64,000 nucleotides of DNA from a virus. Made by a program: the position numbers and the translations under genes. The stretch is taken from positions 7,777 to 71,776 of IMG/VR virus record IMGVR_UViG_3300030333_008372. One strand, written 5' to 3'. The notes below the pieces were generated by a model that worked only from the letters and a program-made list of their open reading frames with translations, ran no database searches and was not told the origin of the DNA. Position 1 is the first letter of the stretch. Each line of letters opens with the position of its first letter. Positions 18,783-27,505 of the stretch are shown here, in pieces.

Positions 18783-19861
18783 GCTCTTTTCATAGAAATA
18801 TCGGTGACAATGTAGCAATATACAATATACGACAAAAGATGATAGATCTTCAACCATCTGATAAACAAGGAATATCGTGGATTAATTTGGATATAAGAAC
18901 ATTTCATAATCGGGACAACAATTCTGATCATGCCAAAGGTGTATTTAGAGATTTGCAAGAGAACCATAATATTGACATGTTGTTAATAGGTGGCGGCGGC
19001 TTAATTGAAAATAAAACATCATATAAAAATGGCTGGAAGCTTCCATTCACCAAAGAAGTTTTAAGTGAGATAAAAGTGCCAATAGTTGTTTTTGCGGCAG
19101 GTATTAATTATTTTTATAATTTTGAAACACTCAGCGAAATTTCAAAACAAGAGGTAATCAATCTTTGCGAGGCATCTTCGCTTTTTTCATTAAGAAATGA
19201 TGGTTCAATTGAAATATTTAAAACATTTTCTGATTTAGAAGTTGAAGAATTACCAGACCCCGGCTTGTTGTTTGATCATGATATTTTTAAATTTGAAAGA
19301 AAAGAAAAAGTTGTCAATGGGTTTTTTCAGCCTGCTTGGAATAGAAATGCTAAACAAACAAGAGGAAGACGCCTCGACAACAAAAATATCAGTAAAATAA
19401 ATGATTTTTGTTTTAAAAACCAGCTTGTTAGTTTTTGTCACACTAAGAAAGATTATTTTTTTCCATGGAATAATGAAAAAAAATACGTGATCGATAAAGA
19501 AGAATTTCCGGAAATTTGTAAATTTACAAATACTTGGCGTGTGGCAAAATATTATCATAGTTATGATTTCTCAGTAGCGATGAGAGGTCATGGACAATTG
19601 ATGGCAATAGGGCTTAATTTGCCATCAATTTATCTATCAACTCAACCAAAGGTGTTGGATTTCTCACAAAAGAATGGCTTTTCACAATATACTGTAGATA
19701 TAAGAAAAGATGATTGGCATCAGCAATTGGAAGAAAAAACAAAATTATTAAAAAATGATAAAGATTTTCTTGAACAATGGTATGATATAAGAGATCGCAA
19801 CATGGTAAAATATCGATCAGAAATCAATGATTTTTGTAAAAAGATCTGGGAGCTTCTATAG
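18761..19861 (+). CDS. Polysaccharide pyruvyl transferase family protein
   Basis: NIGDNVA, LIGGGGLI, SLRNDGS, PDPG, MRGHG. Confidence 0.82.
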   Translation: MFKIAQLGSFHRNIGDNVAIYNIRQKMIDLQPSDKQGISWINLDIRTFHNRDNNSDHAKGVFRDLQENHNIDMLLIGGGGLIENKTSYKNGWKLPFTKEVLSEIKVPIVVFAAGINYFYNFETLSEISKQEVINLCEASSLFSLRNDGSIEIFKTFSDLEVEELPDPGLLFDHDIFKFERKEKVVNGFFQPAWNRNAKQTRGRRLDNKNISKINDFCFKNQLVSFCHTKKDYFFPWNNEKKYVIDKEEFPEICKFTNTWRVAKYYHSYDFSVAMRGHGQLMAIGLNLPSIYLSTQPKVLDFSQKNGFSQYTVDIRKDDWHQQLEEKTKLLKNDKDFLEQWYDIRDRNMVKYRSEINDFCKKIWELL

Positions 19862-19862
19862 A

Positions 19863-20720
19863 ATGAATTGGATTTACAATAATGATTCAAGGTTTTATCA
19901 CCATGGCAAGCATGGTGTTGACTATTATAATCAGCAAACCTTAAGTAGAAAAGAAAAATATCCTTTTGAAAATAAGGGAATTTATAAAGAAAATATTGAA
20001 TCTTTAAAAAGCAATGGTTATACTATCTTTAAAAATGTTATTTCACACGACTTAATTGATGCAATATTGGATAAAACAAATTATCTTATCAAAAATACAG
20101 AGAACTTAAAAAGCCATGATGAGCATTACTCCGCTGTAAATCAGCCATATATTCAATCTGATGAATGTTTTAAAATAGCCACATCTGATTTACTTTTTGA
20201 TGTAGGAACGGAATTTTTTGACTGCACACCAGCATTAGGAACTTGCAATTTGAGAAGAAGTTATTTAAATACTTTGCCTCCAACTACTACTCAACTTTTT
20301 CATTGTGATAAAAATTGTATTAAGTTTTTTAAGTTTTTTGTTTACCTTAACGACGTTGAAACCCCTGAAGAAGGTCCTTTAACATTAGTTAGAGGAAGTG
20401 TTGAAAAAAGACCCTATAATCATGGCATAAAGCATAGGTGGTCTGAGCAAGAAATAAAAAATGTATATGGGCAAGATAGTCTTATATATCTCACAGCGCA
20501 AAAAGGTGATCTAATTGCAGCTACTACAACTGCATACCATAGAGGAACTAAGCCGTTAACAAAAGAAAGGACTATGTTTACAATTAATTATGTAACACAC
20601 CCTGAGTTGGCAGGTGGTCGACCCGGACAGCCTGAAAAGTTTTTCAGCATAAAACAGGAGCAATATAGTTCTTTATCTGAACGAAAGAAGCCATTAGCAG
20701 ATTTTTTAACAAAGGTATGA
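19863..20720 (+). CDS. Phytanoyl-CoA dioxygenase (PhyH)-like 2OG-Fe(II) oxygenase
   Basis: NGYTIFKN, FHCD, KFFVYLNDV, GPLTLVRGS, KGD, YHRG. Confidence 0.82.
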   Translation: MNWIYNNDSRFYHHGKHGVDYYNQQTLSRKEKYPFENKGIYKENIESLKSNGYTIFKNVISHDLIDAILDKTNYLIKNTENLKSHDEHYSAVNQPYIQSDECFKIATSDLLFDVGTEFFDCTPALGTCNLRRSYLNTLPPTTTQLFHCDKNCIKFFKFFVYLNDVETPEEGPLTLVRGSVEKRPYNHGIKHRWSEQEIKNVYGQDSLIYLTAQKGDLIAATTTAYHRGTKPLTKERTMFTINYVTHPELAGGRPGQPEKFFSIKQEQYSSLSERKKPLADFLTKV

Positions 20721-20721
20721 A

Positions 20722-21555
20722 ATGAGAAAAATATTTATAGATGGGGGCGCAAATGTCGGTCAATCACTAGAGGCTTTTTGCAAAGGTCAGCCTGACATTG
20801 GGGAATATGAGGTATTTTGTTTTGAAGCTAGCCAAGATTCCTTACAAATTCTGGAACCACTTCAGCAGAAAATAAAAGATTATGAAAAAGTGGCAAAGAA
20901 AATTACATTAGTCAATTCAGCAATCTGGAATGAGGATGGTTCTATAACGTTTTTTGACAATGGAACTGAATCATCCAGCCTTATAGAGCGTGACATAGAA
21001 AATGTGAAAGCAATTGATGTTCCTTGCATTGATTTGTCACAATGGATTCAAAAAAACTTTTCTGAAGACGATCACATTATTTTAAAGCTGGATATTGAGG
21101 GTTCTGAACACGAAGTTTTTGACAAATTATGCAATGATGGGACTATAGAATGGATTAATAAAATATATTGTGAAATGCATGGAATTAAATGTGGTCGCTC
21201 TCTTGAGGAAGTTATAAGAATGGTTAAGCAGGTTAATGATCATGGTAAAAAATTGATATCTTGGGCTGCCATAGATCGATATGGTCAAGATGACTGGAAA
21301 GAGACAGAGTATAATCTTTATCAGATTAGAAAAGAATTTCATAAATGGTATATGAGAGTGGTGAAAAAAGCAGTGTTTGATGACGAGGGAAAAAAGATAC
21401 GACATTTGCCATTTGGCATACATGTACTTAATTCTGTTGTTTCTGGGTTGCTCGAAATGAATGAGCTAGGTGCTGAGTTTGAAGATGGTGGAAAAAGATA
21501 TCGTCTAATTCTTCACGAGCGAAAACCAGAACTTTTTTGGCAGGAAGTTGAGTAA
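20722..21555 (+). CDS. FkbM-family methyltransferase
   Basis: FIDGGANVG, CFEA, SAIW, ILKLDIEGSE, CEMH. Confidence 0.88.
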   Translation: MRKIFIDGGANVGQSLEAFCKGQPDIGEYEVFCFEASQDSLQILEPLQQKIKDYEKVAKKITLVNSAIWNEDGSITFFDNGTESSSLIERDIENVKAIDVPCIDLSQWIQKNFSEDDHIILKLDIEGSEHEVFDKLCNDGTIEWINKIYCEMHGIKCGRSLEEVIRMVKQVNDHGKKLISWAAIDRYGQDDWKETEYNLYQIRKEFHKWYMRVVKKAVFDDEGKKIRHLPFGIHVLNSVVSGLLEMNELGAEFEDGGKRYRLILHERKPELFWQEVE

Positions 21556-21589
21556 TGATTAAAGTTTTTAATAAAGGAGTAGTAATTTT

Positions 21590-22444
21590 ATGATCAAAGA
21601 TGCACCAAAACAATGTCATGCATGTCTCGATGGTGAGTATGTAGATATGAAACATACAATCAAAAATTTCATCACACCTCAAGCTTGGATGGTAAATGAA
21701 TATACTGACTACTGTGAAGCAGGAGATCTAGATCAATTCGAAGATGTTTACATGTGCAACAACCCTGCATGTGTGCATATTTATAGAAACTTTTTTGGAA
21801 ACTCAGCGGAGTTCCACGCTGGTGAATACAGGGAGCATGAGTATAAAAAAGATGGGAAAAATGTTTTAAATCTTGGAAGCGCAGAAGAACAAAAAAAACG
21901 TTGGAAAAGAGTTCAAAATCAAATAAATATATTTGACTCCTTTTTAGAAAAAAATCATCATATATTAGAGATAGCCACAGGAAAAGGTTATTTAGCTAGA
22001 GTGTTGTCTCAAATGTATAAAAATTTTGTAGGCTCCGATATTGATCCAAAAGTTGTGGAACACAATCAAGTAGTCAATCCGGATTTAAAAGTAATTTTAT
22101 CTGATGTAATAAAATTACCAGAAGATAAAAAATATGATGTTGTTATTGCAATGGATGTTCTAGAGCATGTTGAGGATACAGTTCGGTTTGCTAAAAAAAT
22201 GCATTCTTTAACAAAAAAATATGCTATAATTCAAGTCCCAATTAATCGTCGACTAGTTTGCCCCAATAAGCCACATCTACAAGGTCTTAAAAACTTTGAT
22301 GGTCATCTACACTATTTTAGTAAATTTTCTTTAAATAACTTGTTTACTCAAAATGACATGTTTAGATGCGTATTGTTGTATCAAACAAGTATGGGAGAAG
22401 TTGCAAATGGTCCTGAACTTTTAGCGGTTTTTGAAAAGGTTTAA
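21590..22444 (+). CDS. Class I SAM-dependent methyltransferase with N-terminal Zn ribbon
   Basis: CHAC/CNNPAC, LEIATGKG, YDVVIAMDVLEHVED; paralog of 16963-17721. Confidence 0.85.
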   Translation: MIKDAPKQCHACLDGEYVDMKHTIKNFITPQAWMVNEYTDYCEAGDLDQFEDVYMCNNPACVHIYRNFFGNSAEFHAGEYREHEYKKDGKNVLNLGSAEEQKKRWKRVQNQINIFDSFLEKNHHILEIATGKGYLARVLSQMYKNFVGSDIDPKVVEHNQVVNPDLKVILSDVIKLPEDKKYDVVIAMDVLEHVEDTVRFAKKMHSLTKKYAIIQVPINRRLVCPNKPHLQGLKNFDGHLHYFSKFSLNNLFTQNDMFRCVLLYQTSMGEVANGPELLAVFEKV

Positions 22445-22445
22445 T

Positions 22446-22817
22446 ATGGTTATTTACGTAGATATCGATCACACAATATGCGAAACTGATTTATCACTTG
22501 ATTATGAACAATCGATTCCGTGGCAAGAAAACATTGATAAAGTCAACCAACTTTATGACGATGGGCATACTATCGTTTACTGGACAGCCCGAGGTTCTGG
22601 ATCTGGAATAGATTGGCGTGAAGTAACAGAAAAACAATTTAAAAAATGGGGAGTCAAGTATCATAAGTTAATACTTAAAAAGCCCCTATATAATGTTTTC
22701 ATCGATGATAGAAATATCAATACAGATAATTTTTTTGACAACTTTGATAGCTATAGAAAAGATTACCTTAAAAAAGTAGATGATAACGTTATACAATTAG
22801 AAGACATAAATCACTAA
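22446..22817 (+). CDS. Small HAD-superfamily phosphatase (capsule-biosynthesis phosphatase-like)
   Basis: YVDIDHTI (DxD), WTARG, KP, FIDDR. Confidence 0.85.
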   Translation: MVIYVDIDHTICETDLSLDYEQSIPWQENIDKVNQLYDDGHTIVYWTARGSGSGIDWREVTEKQFKKWGVKYHKLILKKPLYNVFIDDRNINTDNFFDNFDSYRKDYLKKVDDNVIQLEDINH

Positions 22818-22826
22818 GGAGTAAGT

Positions 22827-23048
22827 ATGAAACTTTCAGATCAAGCAGTGGGAGCCGTTATGATGGCTCTTCAAAAAAGTCTTATGGAACAAAGCGATAT
22901 TGTTCCTGTAATTAAGGGGTTCGAATTTGTCCCTGCCACAGAAGAAGAGGGTGGAGACGCAGAGCTTTTTATTAAGAATCCACCACTTGTTAAATTCAAT
23001 GAAGAAACATCGCCATATATGGAAGAAAATGGAGAAGATGGTGAATAA
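22827..23048 (+). CDS. Hypothetical protein
   Basis: AAGGAG Shine-Dalgarno, 73-aa ORF in operon. Confidence 0.7.
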   Translation: MKLSDQAVGAVMMALQKSLMEQSDIVPVIKGFEFVPATEEEGGDAELFIKNPPLVKFNEETSPYMEENGEDGE

Positions 23049-23050
23049 TT

Positions 23051-23287
23051 ATGCCTCGGTATGATTATAAGTGCCTCAAATGCGAACAAACTTTTACTAT
23101 TAGGCATGCTATGAAAGAAGTCGTAGAGTTTTGTGAGTGTGAAGAACAGGGTAAATTACAGAAAATACCAAGCATCCCTCGTGTAATAAAGAGAAATAAA
23201 GCTGGTAAAGTAGTAAAAGACCATATTGAGGAGGCAAAAAAAGAAATTAAAGAATTTAAAAAAGATATGTCAAAGGAAATGTCTTGA
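23051..23287 (+). CDS. FmdB-family zinc-ribbon protein
   Basis: MPRYDYKCLKCEQTF ... CEC. Confidence 0.8.
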   Translation: MPRYDYKCLKCEQTFTIRHAMKEVVEFCECEEQGKLQKIPSIPRVIKRNKAGKVVKDHIEEAKKEIKEFKKDMSKEMS

Positions 23288-23613
23288 TGTTTATAGTTTC
23301 CACATTACTAACCTTGTCAGTTGCAATTAATGCTTTGCTGGTTTGGTATATGTTTAAATTATTAAAAAAGTTCCTGTTTCTATCGGATAATATGGATGAA
23401 CTTTTTGATCAGCTTGAAGGCTATACAATGCATATCGACAACGTTCACAGTCTTGAAACTTTTTATGGCGAGCCTGTTCTTCAAAACTTAATGAATCACT
23501 CTAAAGATGTTGTCAATTACGTTGATGAATTTCGTGATAGCTTTGATAGCACAAAAGATATTTTAGAGTTGGATGAGGATGAAGAAGCAGATGACAGACA
23601 ACCAACAGAATAA
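23287..23613 (+). CDS. Hypothetical protein with an N-terminal transmembrane helix
   Basis: Hydrophobic N-terminus followed by an acidic helical region. Confidence 0.65.
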   Translation: MFIVSTLLTLSVAINALLVWYMFKLLKKFLFLSDNMDELFDQLEGYTMHIDNVHSLETFYGEPVLQNLMNHSKDVVNYVDEFRDSFDSTKDILELDEDEEADDRQPTE

Positions 23614-24295
23614 AAAGACAAAAAGAAGAAAAAATCTATATTTTACAAAAGTTCACGAAGAGGCGGTTGTAAAATATGCCACTACTGATGATAATAAAAT
23701 CAGAACTGAGCTTTATATAGAGCTTCTACAACCAGCTTTTAGTGAAATGGTTGATAAGATTATATACACCTATAAATTTACCACCCTACCCAATATCGAT
23801 GTTCTCCGAGATGAATGTAAGATATGGCTAGCAACGATTTTGAATAAATATGATCCTAATAGAGGATCAAAAGCGTTCTCATATTTTTCTGTTATTACAA
23901 AAAATTGGTTTATTCATAAGGTTAAAAAGAATTCTCTTTCTAGCAGGAGAGAAGTTGAGTATGATAATATACCAAAACATATAGAATCAGACAAACTTAC
24001 CACAACAAATGGATATGAAGAACATCGTGAAGAAAAAGAATATTGGCAACATTTTTGGGAAGAATTGAATTCATGGGATACGGAAGTTATGAAGCCCAAT
24101 GAAAAAAAAGTATATGAAGCTGTCAAGATTATATTAGAAAATTCAGATGATATTGAAATTTTCAATAAAAAGGCAGTGTACCTTTATTTGAGAGAAATTA
24201 CTGGTCTTAACACAAAACAAGTTGTTAATAATCTTTCAAGAATGAGAAAGAAGTTTTCTGACTTTCAAAAAAAATGGAATAGAGGTGATTTTTAA
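23591..24295 (+). CDS. Phage RNA polymerase sigma factor (gp55/sigma70 region-2-like; putative late sigma)
   Basis: KYDPNRGSKAFSYFSVITKN resembles sigma region 2.3-2.4; C-terminal HTH-like LREITGLNTKQVVNNL; precedes the structural module; start could be 23573. Confidence 0.7.
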   Translation: MTDNQQNKKTKRRKNLYFTKVHEEAVVKYATTDDNKIRTELYIELLQPAFSEMVDKIIYTYKFTTLPNIDVLRDECKIWLATILNKYDPNRGSKAFSYFSVITKNWFIHKVKKNSLSSRREVEYDNIPKHIESDKLTTTNGYEEHREEKEYWQHFWEELNSWDTEVMKPNEKKVYEAVKIILENSDDIEIFNKKAVYLYLREITGLNTKQVVNNLSRMRKKFSDFQKKWNRGDF

Positions 24296-24308
24296 AATAT
24301 AGCTATTA

Positions 24309-24316
24309 ACTATTTA
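24309..24316 (+). promoter_or_regulatory. Putative late promoter ACTATTTA
   Basis: Recurrent intergenic motif, 5 nt before the ATG at 24322. Confidence 0.5.
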
Positions 24317-24321
24317 AAAGT

Positions 24322-24606
24322 ATGAGTAAAAAATATTTTCATGAAGCAATCAAAAATATCAGAGACGATAGAGCAGTAACAAGTAAGTTACTTTTGGATA
24401 TCATCAATTACATTGGCAGTGACAATGAGAAACACAAGGATGTCGGTGCTGTTGTTGCAAAGTACTTAGAAACTTTACAAAGATCAAATGAGCAACTGGT
24501 TAAGTTGGTAACTCTAATTGAAAAGAAGTCAGCAGCGAATGAAGGTCTTACGGAAAAAGACAAGGACGAGATATTTGATCTTTTAACAAAGTCGGAGGCT
24601 AACTGA
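24322..24606 (+). CDS. Hypothetical helical protein
   Basis: 94-aa ORF between the sigma factor and the gp5-like genes. Confidence 0.7.
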   Translation: MSKKYFHEAIKNIRDDRAVTSKLLLDIINYIGSDNEKHKDVGAVVAKYLETLQRSNEQLVKLVTLIEKKSAANEGLTEKDKDEIFDLLTKSEAN

Positions 24607-24607
24607 A

Positions 24608-26260
24608 ATGAGCAATCAGAATACCGGCACAACCCTGTCAAATAGCTTGACTGCTCCTCCCGGTGAACTAAATGCTTTGAGGTTTGATGACGTTCAAACT
24701 ATTGCTAATAATGATCTGTATTCTGTTTTAGCCAACACAACCTCGGAAGCCTTAAAGGCTGATGATGTTGTGGGACAGGGGGAACTCAAAGGAATTGTTA
24801 TAGGAATTGTAAATACGCATAAGTCCTTACAAGATACGGAAGTTCTTAAAAAGGAAAATAGAAAAAGTCCTCCAGATAAAGAAGAAGCACAAAAGTCTTT
24901 AGATGATGGCGGCTCAAATCCATATGGCTATATAGTTAACATTCCAGAGCTTTGTTTTATGTTGCCAACGCCACCCTCTACTAGTGATCCAAATTATACA
25001 AAAGTATTAAAAGCGTATAGAGATACGGGATTTATTTTTAGGGTTAGAAATGATCAAGCTAATGCTCTTGCATCCGTGGGTGATATAGTTAAAGTGGGCT
25101 TTCAAAATAGAAACACATTTACCGGAGGTTATTTTGCTGGTCGATTGTCTGCCCCCGGCTCTTTCCCTTCGGGACCTCCATCTGCACCAAATTCTTCAAA
25201 AAACGCAGCAACAGGGGGCACTCCCTCATCAAAAACTGCACCAGTTATACCCGGAAAAAACCGACAAGATGTGACCTATCAAGATAAGAGAGATTATATT
25301 AGTAGGGTAACTGCGGCACAAGATGAGGTGCTCAAATTTAAATGTTCTGGTAAACTAAGTCGACCACAGTTAAGCGTTGGAAAGGCAAGATTAAAAGCAT
25401 ATGGAGGCTTTTCATGGTATAACGATGGTTTAGCTACAAACATGGATTTTTTTGGTCCTTTTAGGCGCAATCCTATTGTCATCAATAAGAATGCAGAAAG
25501 TGCTTTTAAATTAGTAAGAAATGCAATGGCTCAAGATGATCAAATATTGCGCTATATGGCAGAGTCTATTCTGTATATACCGACCGCTAGGCTCTCCCAT
25601 TTAAGAAAAACTTGTGGCGGATATAAAGTTAAGACTTGCCCCGGTTCTTTTCCTGTCAAGAAAGACAACAAATGTTATAATGCAAAAGGAACTAAATATT
25701 CTACCACACCAGATTGGAATGCAGGTGGTGGTAATTGTTTTAAAGATTTAGGAAACCATGGTTTGGGTGTTGGACTAGATATCAATCCTACTGAAAATCC
25801 ATATAGTTATAACTTTAAGACCGATCACCCTCCACAGTTACAAGCTATATTCAAGAACTTTGGATTTCGCTTGGGGACAGAATTTGGAAAGGCTGATACA
25901 ATGCATTTTGATTATGTAGGCGACCCAGCGGAGGCTAATGATTTGTGGGCACAATGTATTAACGCAGGTGAATCGATGTATTATGAAAAGAATTGGGTTC
26001 AGGCTGGTGGAGCGAGCGCAGTCGCAGCCACAGATGGAAAGGCTCCATCGCCAAGAGCACAACAAGTTTTACAGAACGTTGACCCAAAAGCTGGCGCAGA
26101 AGCTATAGCAGAAGCAGAAAAGATTGTTGCTGAACAAAATAAACAGGCGGCTGATGCAGCGGCAGCAAAATCTGGAGACTCTTCTGGAACAAGTCCGGGC
26201 AATTCAGCGTCGCAAACCTCACAGAGTTTTACTCCAAAATTGAAAGGAGATTTGCTTTAA
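24608..26260 (+). CDS. gp5-like baseplate hub N-terminal (OB-fold-like) region fused to an M15-family Zn peptidase (virion-associated peptidoglycan hydrolase)
   Basis: IVNIPEL ... VGDIVKVGF ... GYFAG (OB-like); NHGLGVGLDINP ... FGFRLG ... DTMHFDY (M15 H-x6-D...H ligands). Confidence 0.68.
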   Translation: MSNQNTGTTLSNSLTAPPGELNALRFDDVQTIANNDLYSVLANTTSEALKADDVVGQGELKGIVIGIVNTHKSLQDTEVLKKENRKSPPDKEEAQKSLDDGGSNPYGYIVNIPELCFMLPTPPSTSDPNYTKVLKAYRDTGFIFRVRNDQANALASVGDIVKVGFQNRNTFTGGYFAGRLSAPGSFPSGPPSAPNSSKNAATGGTPSSKTAPVIPGKNRQDVTYQDKRDYISRVTAAQDEVLKFKCSGKLSRPQLSVGKARLKAYGGFSWYNDGLATNMDFFGPFRRNPIVINKNAESAFKLVRNAMAQDDQILRYMAESILYIPTARLSHLRKTCGGYKVKTCPGSFPVKKDNKCYNAKGTKYSTTPDWNAGGGNCFKDLGNHGLGVGLDINPTENPYSYNFKTDHPPQLQAIFKNFGFRLGTEFGKADTMHFDYVGDPAEANDLWAQCINAGESMYYEKNWVQAGGASAVAATDGKAPSPRAQQVLQNVDPKAGAEAIAEAEKIVAEQNKQAADAAAAKSGDSSGTSPGNSASQTSQSFTPKLKGDLL

Positions 26261-26284
26261 TAGGCTTTAAGGAAATAATTTAGA

Positions 26285-27499
26285 ATGAGTATATTTGGAG
26301 AATTTGCAGAAAAACTTGGTTTAACCGAAGAAAATAGAAGCACCAAAAAAGATCTTCCAAGAGAACCCGGAGACCCAGCAAAACAATTTAAAATGGGTCA
26401 AGATATAGCTGGTCTTGGTGTGAACTTTAAAGTTTGGTCTACTTCGCAAGGAGAAGAAAAATATAAGATTGGTCTTTTCGGTGGAGAGTCCGTTGATGCA
26501 AAACCTAGATTTGTCTTAGCACCCAGTGAAACACTATATGATTCATCAGTTAATGCTCAGGTCTGTATAGGACCTTATAAGCCTCGTGGAGTATTGAGCA
26601 CTCGAATGGCTCGTGGCGAGAAGGGTATCGCTGCTATTGATCTTGTTGCAGGAAGAATGGGGAGCTACGCTAGATCATATGAGAATGACGAGGATCTGGA
26701 AGGTTTAAAAAAACAACTAAGGATTGCAGAGACAAAAATGACTCAGGCTTACAATGCAGTTCCAAAAGAGGATGATGTTGTTGATGCTGGTAGCATAGCT
26801 TTTGATATCTATCAGGAACGACAAGCTGCTTATAATGCTTTAAAAACTAGAGTAGAATCTTTTGCAAAACGTGGTAATAATACGCCGATCTACACCGTTA
26901 ATAATTACAAAGTTGACGCAGCCCGTGTTGTGATTTGTCAAAAAGGCGATGTAGATACGGACTTTGGAATAAGACCCGGAAGAGTTGGAACTTCAAAGTC
27001 TAGATCTTTTGTAGCGTTGAAAGGGGATGATGTTAGAATAGTTGCAAGAGAGTCAATAAAACTAGTAACTGGGACAGACGATGAAAATGCACAAGGCGGT
27101 CGCTTGGATGTTCCAAGGGGAATTGATTTAATAGGTGGAAACGATGATCAGGATATGCAACCTCTTCTTAAAGGAACAAACGTTTTAGAGTGCCTAGATG
27201 ATATAAATGATAATATTAGTGCTTTAAATGGAATTGTAATGGATGTATTATTGCAACAAATGATATTCAATACAGTGTTGGCTTTTCATATCCACATAGA
27301 CCCATTCACTGGTATTACTGGACCTTCAGTTGAAACAATGGCTTCTTGGGCATTGATGATACCGCAGCAAATTGGCGTCACATTTACTTCGATACTTTCA
27401 AATAAAATCAATACAGGAGTGACTTATTTTAAGTATTTGATGCCCAAACCGTTTTTAAATGATAAATTTATTTGTAGTAAATATAATCATACTAATTAG
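26285..27499 (+). CDS. gp5-like baseplate central spike, C-terminal part
   Basis: Beta-rich ALKGDDVRIVARESIKLVTG, QPLLKG, terminal HxH (FHIHIDPFTGITGPS) typical of spike tips. Confidence 0.6.
   Translation: MSIFGEFAEKLGLTEENRSTKKDLPREPGDPAKQFKMGQDIAGLGVNFKVWSTSQGEEKYKIGLFGGESVDAKPRFVLAPSETLYDSSVNAQVCIGPYKPRGVLSTRMARGEKGIAAIDLVAGRMGSYARSYENDEDLEGLKKQLRIAETKMTQAYNAVPKEDDVVDAGSIAFDIYQERQAAYNALKTRVESFAKRGNNTPIYTVNNYKVDAARVVICQKGDVDTDFGIRPGRVGTSKSRSFVALKGDDVRIVARESIKLVTGTDDENAQGGRLDVPRGIDLIGGNDDQDMQPLLKGTNVLECLDDINDNISALNGIVMDVLLQQMIFNTVLAFHIHIDPFTGITGPSVETMASWALMIPQQIGVTFTSILSNKINTGVTYFKYLMPKPFLNDKFICSKYNHTN
27491..27498 (+). promoter_or_regulatory. Putative late promoter ACTAATTA
   Basis: Recurrent motif, 7 nt before the ATG at 27506. 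Confidence 0.45.
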
Positions 27500-27505
27500 T
27501 GAAAT

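Noticed and set aside
8287-22817. Bacterial capsule/O-antigen locus (cellular contig or host insertion)
   Set aside because: No Wzx/Wzy/ABC exporter or initiating transferase, and it is translationally coupled to flanking phage genes
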